64,000 nucleotides of DNA from Candidatus Heimdallarchaeota archaeon (GTDB lineage Archaea; Asgardarchaeota; Heimdallarchaeia; Heimdallarchaeales; Heimdallarchaeaceae): positions 576,001 through 640,000 of the forward strand of contig JAUVXV010000001.1 of assembly GCA_030603365.1 (NCBI GenBank), written 5' to 3'. Numbering within the stretch: position 1 is the first letter of the stretch; each line of letters begins with the position of its first letter. The notes under the pieces were generated by a model, which was not told the DNA's origin, did not search any database, and saw only the letters and a list, made by a program, of their open reading frames with translations. Shown here one piece after another: positions 1-10,946 of the stretch. The translations under genes were made by a program, and so were the position numbers.

Positions 1-146
1 ATTACCGCCAGTTGATTTCCATTTCTTTAAACACTAAATGGTTTGGGTTCTATAATAAGCATTGTGAATGAGTAAAAAAATTCTTCTCTTTCCTTTTTCC
101 TAACTCGTAATAATTATTAATCTCTTCTTCTATAATGTATCTAACA

Positions 147-293
147 ATGAATGGAGAACAAAAATCTCCTCAATCAAAAGATACCGAGGAAGAAAAACCT
201 TTTAGCTGTAGTGGTTGTGGAAAACCTTTAGGTAGATTGGATGAATACTGCTCTAATTGTGAAAGAATAAATCCAAACTATATTCTTAGATAG
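147..293 (+). CDS. Small zinc-ribbon protein (48 aa, below ORF-track cutoff)
   Basis: Hand translation MNGEQKSPQSKDTEEEKPFSCSGCGKPLGRLDEYCSNCERINPNYILR*, with CxxC-x10-CxxC; alternative ATG at 135. Confidence 0.6.
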   Translation: MNGEQKSPQSKDTEEEKPFSCSGCGKPLGRLDEYCSNCERINPNYILR

Positions 294-357
294 AATTGGA
301 ATAGAAGGAAAACTATTAAATATATTTAACAAATTCGTAATAACGTAGGTTTATAAA

Positions 358-531
358 ATGGCTGGTATACCTCTCCCCCCAGGTAAGAAAGGTGAGCAGA
401 ATGGAAACCCTGATGCTGACTGTGAAAAATATGAGCCAATAATGGGAGACTATTGTAAGTATTATGTTACAATAACAGAGGAATGTATGATAAAATTCAG
501 CTTATGTAATGGGTATGGTAAATTGAAATAA
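358..531 (+). CDS. Small Cys-containing hypothetical protein (57 aa)
   Basis: Hand translation MAGIPLPPGKKGEQNGNPDADCEKYEPIMGDYCKYYVTITEECMIKFSLCNGYGKLK*; TATA-like ttaaatata upstream. Confidence 0.45.
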   Translation: MAGIPLPPGKKGEQNGNPDADCEKYEPIMGDYCKYYVTITEECMIKFSLCNGYGKLK

Positions 532-550
532 AAACCTCCCAAATCATTTC

Positions 551-1384
551 TTACCTTTTTAGTAACTGATCAAGATCATTACTTATATCCTTAACATTTG
601 CTACAATTCTATTTTGACCTGTTCCTTTGGTGCCCCCCACATCGATGGTTGCAGATGTTAGAAATAGTGGTTTGAAAAAATCTTTGATCATTAATTTTCC
701 GTCTCCAAGAAGACAGGAACATGTACCCACATATTTGTCTCCTTCAACTTTCCTAACTCTAAAGAAACTTACGTGATTTGATCTGTCTCTCCAGATAATT
801 AAATTTGCAGCTAGGATGATATTATCTCGGATGATATGACCTAAAAACACATTAGGATCTAAACCTAACTCGTATAAATCTGAACTTTGACTCTTTTCGA
901 AATTTGTAAGAACCATCATTTTTGTATTCTTTGCAAGTTGCTCATATCTTTCAATTGGTACTTGTTCAGTTCCTTCTTTTATGATGAAAGTGTAAGATCT
1001 ATCTCGTCGCAAAGTATATGCTGCTTGATATTCTATCATTGCAGAAACTAACTCAATTAACAGAGGTGCTTCCTTTTTACTTAGCTCAAATTTGTCAATA
1101 GATTGTATAGGTATTTTTGACCTAGCTAGAAGACTGCAAATAAGTACTCCTATTAAATCGTGAGAGAGTGATCCTGCGATAATACAACCTGAAGGGAGTA
1201 AAATTGCTGGAAGTTGGTTCAATGGAATTCCCTTTTTCTCTGCGGATTCTCTATTCTTACTTACTTGATGTACAATAACTTTAACTTCCTGTGTCTTAAG
1301 AGCACTAATAACTGCTGTCAAGAACTTCAAAGTAGGTTGACAATGGTCACAATTCTCTTCATGTATGAATATTTCTATTTCCAT
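551..1384 (-). CDS. Protein with N-terminal thioredoxin/glutaredoxin-like domain plus unknown C-terminal domain
   Basis: IEIF...CDHC motif at N-terminus, followed by a Trx-like QLPAI segment. Confidence 0.55.
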   Translation of the reverse strand: MEIEIFIHEENCDHCQPTLKFLTAVISALKTQEVKVIVHQVSKNRESAEKKGIPLNQLPAILLPSGCIIAGSLSHDLIGVLICSLLARSKIPIQSIDKFELSKKEAPLLIELVSAMIEYQAAYTLRRDRSYTFIIKEGTEQVPIERYEQLAKNTKMMVLTNFEKSQSSDLYELGLDPNVFLGHIIRDNIILAANLIIWRDRSNHVSFFRVRKVEGDKYVGTCSCLLGDGKLMIKDFFKPLFLTSATIDVGGTKGTGQNRIVANVKDISNDLDQLLKR

Positions 1385-1468
1385 TTTGCTCCAACAACTA
1401 AAACGATTAACGAATGAGTAGCATAATGTTTAGATTAATATAAAGATTTTTGTTCCTTGAAAATCTTT

Positions 1469-2719
1469 TTACTTCCTTTTTAGAATATACCTCTCTAGAT
1501 ATTTTTCTCTTGCTTTGGTAATTGCTTCATATGCTTGCGAAAAACAGTCAAGTCTCCTCTCTGGTATAGGATCCCAGCCTCTACCATCGCTATTTTCTGC
1601 AAGTAATAGGTGTTTCCACATTTCTTCGGTAATATCTGAATCAGGTAAATGTGCAAAATACCATCGAGCTTCCTGGCATAATCTTTCTAATTTTCTATTA
1701 TCTTCATCTTCAGTCCATAAATCTAATCTTCTATTTGGACTCCAACTTCCTGTTTTCATGTAACCTAAGTCTTTTGGTTTATGTTTTTCAAGATATTTCG
1801 CTGGAAGAATCATTTCAAAATTCTTTACTTTCAACATATGTTGTATGAGATTTTTCAAATCTTCTTCAGTTGGTAATCTACCTTCTATAAAACTCCTATA
1901 TCCGAAGAATTCAATATCTGTGCCATATGGAATGACTAAACCTGATGCATCTCTGAATTTTGAAAGCAATCTAGCTACTCTTTTTGGATTAATAAATGGA
2001 AATCCAAGAACACTTGCTGTGGAAAGAATGCTCCAAGATTGAGGAACTTTGACACCTGTAATTGTCCCTTTGACTCCCTTCAACTCGACTAGAGAAAAGT
2101 CTGTTTGTTTGCAGAATTTTGTAATGCCTTTTCTCGCTTTGTTAAATTTATATATCTTCTTGAAAAACCCTTTTGCTTTGAGAAAATCAATAATATAATG
2201 AGTTGCTGAAAAATAAGGCGTATTGTAGGCATTGGCATCATTGAGGAGAGGGTTGCTTAAGTTAAACAATTCCTCATCAATAAACACATATGAAAAATCA
2301 TAAGTTTTGAGGATAGCAGGCAAGAGTGGATCATAAGCAAGTTCTGGTAACCAGAAACCCTTTGGTTTATAATTCATCACTTTTAGAAGTACTTTCTGAT
2401 TAAATTCAATCTGTTTTTTCATATCCTCTATCGGTAAAAGTGGAAATATAGGATGAGAATAACCGCAACCTGTCAATTCAAATTTACCTTCATCTACACC
2501 TAGTTTGAGCAAGTCAATGATTTCAGGATATTCATTGTTGAGAATCTCAAGTGTAACTCCAGTGAAATTAAGAACAACTTCAACTTTAGGCATTTCTAAC
2601 AATGTTGAAATTACTGGAAGGTAGCTATGTTTAACAACTTTAGGAATTTCACTTACTGGAATTTCTGCGTATTGAAGATTTGCATGTAAAACAATTGTTG
2701 AATACACAAAAAGAGACAT
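1469..2719 (-). CDS. Glycoside hydrolase family 57, alpha-galactosidase-like
   Basis: HANLQYAEIP, GFWLPELAYDP, YGTDIEF and LAENSDGRGW motifs as in Thermococcales GH57 alpha-galactosidase; divergent from galT; start at 2719 preferred over 2773. Confidence 0.8.
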   Translation of the reverse strand: MSLFVYSTIVLHANLQYAEIPVSEIPKVVKHSYLPVISTLLEMPKVEVVLNFTGVTLEILNNEYPEIIDLLKLGVDEGKFELTGCGYSHPIFPLLPIEDMKKQIEFNQKVLLKVMNYKPKGFWLPELAYDPLLPAILKTYDFSYVFIDEELFNLSNPLLNDANAYNTPYFSATHYIIDFLKAKGFFKKIYKFNKARKGITKFCKQTDFSLVELKGVKGTITGVKVPQSWSILSTASVLGFPFINPKRVARLLSKFRDASGLVIPYGTDIEFFGYRSFIEGRLPTEEDLKNLIQHMLKVKNFEMILPAKYLEKHKPKDLGYMKTGSWSPNRRLDLWTEDEDNRKLERLCQEARWYFAHLPDSDITEEMWKHLLLAENSDGRGWDPIPERRLDCFSQAYEAITKAREKYLERYILKRK

Positions 2720-2833
2720 TAAACTATTAATATAAACATTGTGGGAGCAAATAAAGTAGCTAAAATTGAACATATTTAATTTGAAACAAAGTAATCCGAA
2801 GGTGTTAAATATAAATCCCAGAGATTCCTTTTA

Positions 2834-3796
2834 ATGACCGTTCGAGAAATAAGAAAAAACCCTTTTACAAACGAATGGATAATATATTCAGAATCTAGAC
2901 AAACTAGACCAGATCGTGAAGAAGGATTCTGTCCTCTTTGTACAGGATCCACAGAAGTTCCAAATTTTAGTCAACCTTTAAGGATTCCAAATAAATTTCC
3001 CTCCCTCAGTTCAGATGAAGAACTCAGAAAAAGCAAGAAAGGAGAATTTCAACAGAAGATGAATGGATATGGTACATGTGAATTAGTTGTCTATACTGAC
3101 GTTCATAATGCAAAATTCATTGATTTAACTTTAGATGAGATTATGCTCATTTTTGAGAGATGGATGGAAGCAAGCAAAGAATTTAGTTCGAATAAGAATA
3201 TCAAATATATACTTCCTTTTGAAAATTATGGACCAGAAGTAGGTGCTACTTTGATACATCCCCACGGTCAACTTTATGCATATCCATTTGTTCCTAATTC
3301 AGTCCAAAAAGAACTAGATTCAATATTACAGTATAAGGAGAAGAATAACGCTTGTATGGTTTGTGATTTTATTTCTTCAGAGATACAAGATGAGAAAAGA
3401 ATTATTTTCCAAGACGAGAATATAGTAGTTCTTATTCCCTATTTTGCAAGATATGCTTATGATGTCTTCATCTATCCAAGAAGACATGTTAGTTTTCTTC
3501 ATCAATGTACTAGAATTGAACTTACAAATATGATTTCATGTTTACGCCAATCTATTGTTGCCTTAACTGATGTTTTTCAGAAAGATGTAAGCTATTCACT
3601 CTCTTTACATCAAGCTCCTGTAAATGTTAAAGGTACTTCCTACTATCATCTATACTTCAAAATTCACACACCACAGCGGAATTTAAAGTCACTTAAGTTA
3701 CTAGGAGCAGTAGAAACAAGTACTATGACATACATCAATAGTACTCTACCAGAAACAGCTTCCTCTAATCTTAGAAAATACTTCTCGAACATATGA
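2834..3796 (+). CDS. galT: Galactose-1-phosphate uridylyltransferase
   Basis: R-x-RP, CPLC, NKFP, FENYG..GATLIHPHGQ (HPH catalytic motif). Confidence 0.92.
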   Translation: MTVREIRKNPFTNEWIIYSESRQTRPDREEGFCPLCTGSTEVPNFSQPLRIPNKFPSLSSDEELRKSKKGEFQQKMNGYGTCELVVYTDVHNAKFIDLTLDEIMLIFERWMEASKEFSSNKNIKYILPFENYGPEVGATLIHPHGQLYAYPFVPNSVQKELDSILQYKEKNNACMVCDFISSEIQDEKRIIFQDENIVVLIPYFARYAYDVFIYPRRHVSFLHQCTRIELTNMISCLRQSIVALTDVFQKDVSYSLSLHQAPVNVKGTSYYHLYFKIHTPQRNLKSLKLLGAVETSTMTYINSTLPETASSNLRKYFSNI

Positions 3797-3982
3797 AAAA
3801 AATATGCATTAAAACATAAACATCAAGAACCAATATTGCTGATTAGACTAATTACAGTCTCTTAAAGGCTTATAATAAAACTTCTAATTTTCTCGAACTT
3901 CTTAATTAGGCTAGATTCTAAAATAACATTTATAATAAGCCTAGAATATATAAAATAGTAGACAAAATTATGGAGGTCTAAA

Positions 3983-6900
3983 ATGAAAAAAAAGGCAATT
4001 ATGGGTTCAGCCTTGTTAGGTTTGACATTTATCCTTCTCACAATGAGTGGATCAATCAGTCAAGTGAGTATTAATTACATAAATAATGCCCTTGATGCAC
4101 CAACACTGAACCCAGTGTTTGTAGAAGAAATGCGAATAATCGCAGCTATAGATTCTGCAGCAGTAGTGGAATTAGATCTTGTAGGTGGAGCTATACCTGA
4201 AATATCTTCGAATCCGTTATTTGCTGATGTTATGAGTTGGGGTCTTATTGCTTCTGATCAGGCTAATTTCGCGGATTATGTTCTGAGAAGACCATTCAAG
4301 GCACCAGATAATGCTACACTATTACTAGAAATGAGTGGAACACTTACTCCTGAAGAAAGTCTAGTACAAGCTGTTAAAGTAGCTTTATTGTTTGACTCTG
4401 TTTATGAACTCAATCTAATGTGGACTAGAGCTGAAGCTCTTCCAAGTGGTGGTTACTTATACTATTTCACTGGAGGAATGGGCTTAAGCATCTTTACAAC
4501 CCTAATAACTGATATTCAAACAGATATTGGTAGTGGTTTTGCTACTGTACTAGATTCCGTAGATATTAATGCTTCTCCTGTAAAATGTATCCTAATCGGT
4601 TCATTGGTTACTGAAGACTTGCTAACACCTATTCGTGGTGTATATTATGTAGATACAGATGCCATCACAGGTACAACTGATTTCACATTATCAACAAATA
4701 ATGTTTTTGGTGAAAATCTTGTTCCTAAAATAGGTTTTCCTGTTTATTCTATACTTAAATTCCGATTTCCATATACAATCAATCCTTCAATTATCAGCCC
4801 AATGGCAGATAATTTTGCACCACAAATAACTGGTAAAATGGATTGGAATTTGAATACTCCATGGATGGATGCTAGACCAGGAATGAACTACCAAGTTGTA
4901 TATAATATAAATCATGCTGAATTAGCTTCTTCACCAAGAGTTTCAGTAAATATGGCCTATGATCAAGATATGCTAAATAATGATGGCAGATTGCAGATGG
5001 ATTATGTTGTAACAAATACTGGAACAGAAGCTGCAACTGACATAGATATTAGTTATCCATTAGGACCTGATTTTCTAAACTTCATGGCAACAAAACCAAA
5101 TCTCTTTGTACTTAGAGATGATGTAACAATAAATAAAGGATATTTTAATGTTATTCATGCAACTGTTTTAATGCAGTTTGAAGGAGTTTTATTCCCAGAT
5201 GGAGATTATCCAGATGTGGTATATGAACAAGATTTTCTTATATTAGATGGATGGTATCAGAACAACACAGATATGTCAATGGTTGACATTGATCCATTAA
5301 ATACTGATGTTGTTGTTAAAACTGATTTTACTACCTATGTTATCGTAGAATCAGGAGATGTTATAACTACTGTTACTCTTAGTTCACCACAGGGTGTGCC
5401 TACTTCACTAATAAATCTGTGTAAAGAATATCTAGACCCAATAAAATTACCCCCAGTAAATCCGGTAGATGTATATGATACATTCTTAGCATATTCAGAT
5501 AATCTTGTAATTGCTACACAAGAAACAGGAGAATATTTGTTTGATTTGCTCTATACAGAACAATCTATGTTCGATTCTGATTTAATGGATTTCAGTATCT
5601 CTGTACGAGATGTTGGAATAGTGGGAGACGAAAGTTTCCGTGAAGAAGTTTTCCTGAACACAACCATTCCATTCTTAGATGTTGGAGCATCAGTTAATGT
5701 TAGTTGGGCAATGGATAATATTCCTGCAAAAGACATGCACTTTGGAATGATGGGTTTAGCACCAATAAATGTCGGTGCTTCATATCCTGCACTACAATTA
5801 ACAACACTTGACCGAACAGGTTATGATTTGATGCAGTTCCTATTTGGAGTAGGAGATATGATCACTCCTTACTTGGGAGATAAATTTAGTCGCCCACTAA
5901 GCTACTTTGAACCATGGACAGAAACATGGATATCTGCAGGTGCTAGATTTAGTTATACTGATCCTCAAGGCTTTGAATATTACGGATTTAGCAACGGAAT
6001 TAATTTGCAAATTGCAGATGACGAAGCAGTACTGAATGTTCATGTCTCATTGAATCAAACAGCTTATGAAGTAGGAGATCCTGTAACAGTTTCTTATTAC
6101 ATTCAAAATACTGGCAATTTACCAGCTGAAGATGTTGTATTAGCACTCTTTCATGGACGAATGGGAGCTGATTGGCAAATCGTTGATTCTGAAGTTTTCT
6201 GGGTAGATGAAGTTGGTACAGTTGCAGCAGGCACAACCTATGCAAATGAAGCTAACGTTTTAGCTAACTCTTTCCTAGGTATTCATCCAGTTTATGCTGT
6301 TGTTGCTTTTACTAGTGATAAAGGACAAACTGCTGAGGTGGAAGGTTTTATAGACTTTGCACCAGGGTTGGTTTCAACATTTGATGGCGCAGCAGAGACT
6401 GCTCAAGTGATCCTTTCAAATATGGATTGGGGATTAGTATTACCAAAAACTGAAGATAGAAGACCAGCATTTCCACAACCAATTATTGTAATAGATGTGG
6501 ATGTAAAATTCATTATTCCTGAAGATGCCCCATGGGAACTTTTGCTTACCATAACCATTGCCAATGTAGGTGATGAGAGAACACATATTACCGCTATCCA
6601 ATATTACAACGCTTCTGAAATGCAATTATTACACAAATCTTCAACTCCACAAGGCGTTACACTAAATAGAACTCGTTACGGTATAGGAGTTATACTATTC
6701 CAAGGTATCACATTATTACCAGGAGAATCAGTCGTACTCACAATACAATGGTTGTTCTTAACCAGCCATGGTTGTTACATCCCAGGTATCATTGTAATTT
6801 ATGACAGTAGATACGAGAATGAACTTGGTGATGAAGGCGTTGTAGATACAACTCCTGAAGTCGATGAGCCATTGGTTTATGCAATGAACGGTGCTGCTCA

Positions 6901-7081
6901 AGAAGAGGAGGAATGGGAAGATTATGGACAATCTACTCAAACTGGATCTTCAGCTGGAGCAGATGCTTTTGCAGAAGGAGACTATACTAGAAAACTTGGA
7001 TCAGCTGATGTAATCATCTGGTCATTAAGTGCAATATTTGTAACTGCTCTCGCAACCACATTGAAGTGGAAAAAGAAATAA
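3983..7081 (+). CDS. Large cell-surface / S-layer-like protein with CARDB/Ig-like domains
   Basis: Signal peptide; repeated V/IxNTG..A CARDB-type motifs; acidic composition; C-terminal TM + KWKKK; ggagg SD and oligo-T terminator. Confidence 0.6.
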   Translation: MKKKAIMGSALLGLTFILLTMSGSISQVSINYINNALDAPTLNPVFVEEMRIIAAIDSAAVVELDLVGGAIPEISSNPLFADVMSWGLIASDQANFADYVLRRPFKAPDNATLLLEMSGTLTPEESLVQAVKVALLFDSVYELNLMWTRAEALPSGGYLYYFTGGMGLSIFTTLITDIQTDIGSGFATVLDSVDINASPVKCILIGSLVTEDLLTPIRGVYYVDTDAITGTTDFTLSTNNVFGENLVPKIGFPVYSILKFRFPYTINPSIISPMADNFAPQITGKMDWNLNTPWMDARPGMNYQVVYNINHAELASSPRVSVNMAYDQDMLNNDGRLQMDYVVTNTGTEAATDIDISYPLGPDFLNFMATKPNLFVLRDDVTINKGYFNVIHATVLMQFEGVLFPDGDYPDVVYEQDFLILDGWYQNNTDMSMVDIDPLNTDVVVKTDFTTYVIVESGDVITTVTLSSPQGVPTSLINLCKEYLDPIKLPPVNPVDVYDTFLAYSDNLVIATQETGEYLFDLLYTEQSMFDSDLMDFSISVRDVGIVGDESFREEVFLNTTIPFLDVGASVNVSWAMDNIPAKDMHFGMMGLAPINVGASYPALQLTTLDRTGYDLMQFLFGVGDMITPYLGDKFSRPLSYFEPWTETWISAGARFSYTDPQGFEYYGFSNGINLQIADDEAVLNVHVSLNQTAYEVGDPVTVSYYIQNTGNLPAEDVVLALFHGRMGADWQIVDSEVFWVDEVGTVAAGTTYANEANVLANSFLGIHPVYAVVAFTSDKGQTAEVEGFIDFAPGLVSTFDGAAETAQVILSNMDWGLVLPKTEDRRPAFPQPIIVIDVDVKFIIPEDAPWELLLTITIANVGDERTHITAIQYYNASEMQLLHKSSTPQGVTLNRTRYGIGVILFQGITLLPGESVVLTIQWLFLTSHGCYIPGIIVIYDSRYENELGDEGVVDTTPEVDEPLVYAMNGAAQEEEEWEDYGQSTQTGSSAGADAFAEGDYTRKLGSADVIIWSLSAIFVTALATTLKWKKK

Positions 7082-7179
7082 TTTTTCTCTTTTTTTTTCT
7101 TTTCCTTATTTATTTTTGAACATTCGTAATAGCTTGTTTTAAATAGGCATTTGTCGCTAGATTTAGAAAGGGGAACTAG

Positions 7180-10170
7180 ATGGTTAGTACTAGTACTGTC
7201 AACTCATTTAATTGTGTCTTTGATAGCCTTGCATTATATAATTTTAAAATGCACAAAGATACTAAATTAGAGTTATCTGAAGTTCCCATAATAGTTATCT
7301 CAGGTGCAAATGGAAGTGGTAAAACACAAATTTTAGAAGCTTTGATTTTAGCTATTGGACATACACCTAGCAGAATAGCTTTAAGTACTTTTAAAGAATT
7401 GATAGGGCCATTTGATAACAACTCGAAAATTACTTTAAAACTAAACAATCCTGTCCTTTCTGACAACAGATTATTTTATAGTTCAGATCCTGACTTGACC
7501 TCATTTATCGATTCTGATTCATTTGAAATTGAAATAAGAATAAATAGTGAAGGATCTGTACAAAGAAGAATCATTTCCATGAAAGGTAACAGAAGAGAAG
7601 TTACCAAAAGGCAGATTCAGAATTTGATGAAGAATATCGGAATTTATGAAGATACAATGTTAAATTTCACTGAAGAAGGTTATTTAGGTTCTTTTGCTGA
7701 AGGTTCCCCTCATAAAAAATTAGATAGCCTACTTGTTGCTACAGGATTGAAAGAAGTTTTTTCAAGCTATGTAGAATCAAAAAAGAAAGTTGAAGAGAAA
7801 GAGAAAGAGTATTCTCCCTTATCTCTACAATATGAACGAGAACTAAATAAGCTAGAAAAACTTAGAGAAAATTTTGACCGAATTCAGAAAAAAAGAGAAT
7901 TAGTTACTCGATATGAACTTGTAGAAAGAGAATTAACTTGGTTTCTAGCTCTTGAAAATCAAGCTCAGCTTGAAAAAGTAAAGAAGCAAATTAATTTTAA
8001 AGATAATGAACTTAATGAATTGGATACTGAAAATAGGAAGATAGAATCCGATTTTGGTATTGTAAAAGAGTCACTAGAAAGACTCAACTCCGATATAGTT
8101 GATGAAAAGTCAAATGTTAGAGATTTTTCTGATAAGAAAAATAGATTGGAAGGTCAAAAGGATGAAAAAATCACAAGAATTAATATTCTTGAAAAGGAGA
8201 TTTCTGATTTAGAGAATAAACTAGAAAACTTTGGTAACATTCAATCAAATGAAGGATTAGAAAGGAAAAGAGTATTACAGAATTCTTTGAGTTCAATTAA
8301 AGAGAGAGAGAAGCAGCTAGATAATGAATTAGAAACTAGTCAAAATGATTTAAAGAGGAAGATTACAGAGGAAATTAAAATAAAAGAACGAATAGCTGAT
8401 AGATCCAATCAATACGGTAATATTTCAGACTATGAACGACGATTGATAAAAGATAGTATCCTATTCAAAGAAAAGATTCAATCATCTAGATTTAAAAAAG
8501 AAATAATAGGACCAATTTATGAAATTATTTCCATAAAACCCGGTTTTGAGGAATACACTACCGTTATTAAAACAGCAATAGGAAGATATCTCTTCGGTTT
8601 TATTGCTACTTCTCATGAAGCTTATTACGAATCTAAAAGATTGTATGACGAACTCTTCCCTTCTTTCAAACCAAATTTTACTGTAGGTAGAGTATTGGAG
8701 GAAGAAAAAGGGCCCAAACCGAATTTTCTAGTACAATTAGCTCTGGAAACCAAACCTTCAGGAATCGTGGATTATGCCATAAATCTTATTGATTCTCCCT
8801 TTCAAGTTAAGATTTATCTAAAGAGATTTGTTAGAACTTTGTTAGCATCATCTTCAATTTCCTCAAATTTACTTACAGATTATGCTAAGAAATATAGGAC
8901 TAATATTCTAACAACTGATAGTAAAAGTTTCTACCTTTCCCAGGAAGCATTCTCTAGACCTCCTAGTGCATATAATATCAAATTAGGTGTTGGATTAGAG
9001 AAATATCAAACCGTTGAGAGGATAAGGGAACAGCTTTATTCTGTTCAATCTGATATAGAAAGGCTAACAGAAGACAAAATTAGAATAAATAGGGAGATTG
9101 TTGATTTTGAAAATGAGAGAAGAGATCTTGAGAATCTACTTAAACCTTGGAATTTAGGTAAAAATGAACTAGAGAACGAATTTCTTAAACTGGAACAACT
9201 TAAGAATACAGCTGAAGCTCAAATTAGATCGGAGCAAATTGGTATTAATAATTTAGGTTCAAACATTACTTCCATATCAAGCAATCTTTTAGAGGTTGAA
9301 ACAGCATTAATAGAAAAAGAACGAACCTATTCGTCAAAGAAGAATGAATACAATCAATTGGATGATCAAATTCAATTATATCGAACTAAACGAGAAAAAA
9401 TAATAAGACAACTAGAGTTTTTGAATGCTGAATTTATTGAGCTAGATGAACAACATCAGATTCTAATTAAGAACGCTCAGGATAAGGGTTCTCCACCTGA
9501 AACTATTAGAGAAAATCAAGAAGATATCTTTTCTGAATACAATCAAATAAAAGGTCAATTAGAACTATTAGAAATTACCCCTGATATTTCTCAAGAAGTT
9601 ATAGAAAAGCAAGAAAATCATGTTAACCTAATCAAGATAGAGGCACAAAAGGCTGAGGAACATCTTAAGAATTTACGAGATGATCTAGATAAAAGAATTT
9701 CCGAATGGGAAGGTGGTCTGCATAATATTGTTACTCATCTGAATAAAATGCTAAACCTTCTATTGAAGGATACTTTTATGAATATCTCAATACAAATCAA
9801 AAATTATAATGATGAAAGAAATGCAGGTTTATACATAGAAGCTGAAACTAAAGGGGATAATAGGAAATATAGACAATTATCCGGAGGAGAAAAAACACTT
9901 CTCGCACAAGCAATAATTTTGGCTTTACATATGATAAACCATTCTCCTATTCATGCTATAGACGAGTTTACTCAAAAACTAGATAGAAAGAACAAAGCTC
10001 TTGCATTTTCTATGGCACTGTTAACATATCGTCTAGCAAAAGAAAGTAGAATCATAACTCCACAGTTCATCCTGATAACTCCTTCCTTAGATGACATAGA
10101 ATTATCAGAAGAATTTTCTCATAAGATCCTAATAGAAAGCAAAGTAAAATCAAAGGGGGTAAAGACATGA
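7180..10170 (+). CDS. SMC ATPase, Smc5/6-like
   Basis: Walker A GANGSGKT, two long coiled coils, hinge IIGPIYEII...AIGRYLFGF of Smc5/6 type, signature LSGGEK, Walker B AIDEFTQKLD. Confidence 0.85.
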   Translation: MVSTSTVNSFNCVFDSLALYNFKMHKDTKLELSEVPIIVISGANGSGKTQILEALILAIGHTPSRIALSTFKELIGPFDNNSKITLKLNNPVLSDNRLFYSSDPDLTSFIDSDSFEIEIRINSEGSVQRRIISMKGNRREVTKRQIQNLMKNIGIYEDTMLNFTEEGYLGSFAEGSPHKKLDSLLVATGLKEVFSSYVESKKKVEEKEKEYSPLSLQYERELNKLEKLRENFDRIQKKRELVTRYELVERELTWFLALENQAQLEKVKKQINFKDNELNELDTENRKIESDFGIVKESLERLNSDIVDEKSNVRDFSDKKNRLEGQKDEKITRINILEKEISDLENKLENFGNIQSNEGLERKRVLQNSLSSIKEREKQLDNELETSQNDLKRKITEEIKIKERIADRSNQYGNISDYERRLIKDSILFKEKIQSSRFKKEIIGPIYEIISIKPGFEEYTTVIKTAIGRYLFGFIATSHEAYYESKRLYDELFPSFKPNFTVGRVLEEEKGPKPNFLVQLALETKPSGIVDYAINLIDSPFQVKIYLKRFVRTLLASSSISSNLLTDYAKKYRTNILTTDSKSFYLSQEAFSRPPSAYNIKLGVGLEKYQTVERIREQLYSVQSDIERLTEDKIRINREIVDFENERRDLENLLKPWNLGKNELENEFLKLEQLKNTAEAQIRSEQIGINNLGSNITSISSNLLEVETALIEKERTYSSKKNEYNQLDDQIQLYRTKREKIIRQLEFLNAEFIELDEQHQILIKNAQDKGSPPETIRENQEDIFSEYNQIKGQLELLEITPDISQEVIEKQENHVNLIKIEAQKAEEHLKNLRDDLDKRISEWEGGLHNIVTHLNKMLNLLLKDTFMNISIQIKNYNDERNAGLYIEAETKGDNRKYRQLSGGEKTLLAQAIILALHMINHSPIHAIDEFTQKLDRKNKALAFSMALLTYRLAKESRIITPQFILITPSLDDIELSEEFSHKILIESKVKSKGVKT

Positions 10171-10946
10171 CTGATAATGATTTCATAGATAGTGATGTTG
10201 AAACAAACACTGGTTATTTAGAACAAGCTAGTGAATGGTCTGAAAATATTTTTCACCTTCTTTTTGAGTTGAAAAAGAAATATGATAAATCATTAAAAAA
10301 CAAAGTAGTAGTCACCGTAAATGAATCAGAATCGGATAGAGTCAGAGTGTCGGATGCTTTTCTTTATCTCCAAAGTGAAAAGGAGAGTTTGATTGATGCT
10401 GCTCTCTACAAAGATTTTGTTGGAATGAGTGAACTGAGAGAAAAAAGTTTCTTAGATCAAATGCTTTATCCAAACAAGCGTATAGAAAAATTTGCTGAAA
10501 TAGTAAAAAAGCTGTCTACTCCCATAACCTATTTTTCTAGAGTAAATCAGTTCAACTCTGAGGAGTTATTACCAAATCTTGAACCTCAAATTATTGAAAT
10601 TGAATCAAATCAGGAATTGGAAGAATTCATCAAGAAATATCAAAAGTATTTCCTAAAGTTACAGAATAATTTCCTAAGTAAGGGCGATATAATGAGTATT
10701 GAAGAAAGAATAAAAGAGAAAATCATCAATAAGAAATTAAGTAAAAATGAAATTAATAATATTCTAACTACTTTAGAAGCTGAAATCTTATCAAAGATGA
10801 TAAGCGAGAAAAAAGTGTTTGCCATACAAGAGGACGACTTACTTATTTTTACATTGAATGAAGATGACAAAGAAGTAATTGGAGTATCAAGTTCACTTCT
10901 CCTTTCTCCAAAAATACATAAAAATGAAGGTAGAGAAGATGGATGA
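10167..10946 (+). CDS. Putative kleisin (ScpA/Nse4-like) subunit
   Basis: ATGA overlap with the SMC gene; C-terminal ILSKMISEKKVFAIQEDD weakly resembles the kleisin winged helix; call is mostly positional. Confidence 0.4.
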   Translation: MTDNDFIDSDVETNTGYLEQASEWSENIFHLLFELKKKYDKSLKNKVVVTVNESESDRVRVSDAFLYLQSEKESLIDAALYKDFVGMSELREKSFLDQMLYPNKRIEKFAEIVKKLSTPITYFSRVNQFNSEELLPNLEPQIIEIESNQELEEFIKKYQKYFLKLQNNFLSKGDIMSIEERIKEKIINKKLSKNEINNILTTLEAEILSKMISEKKVFAIQEDDLLIFTLNEDDKEVIGVSSSLLLSPKIHKNEGREDG

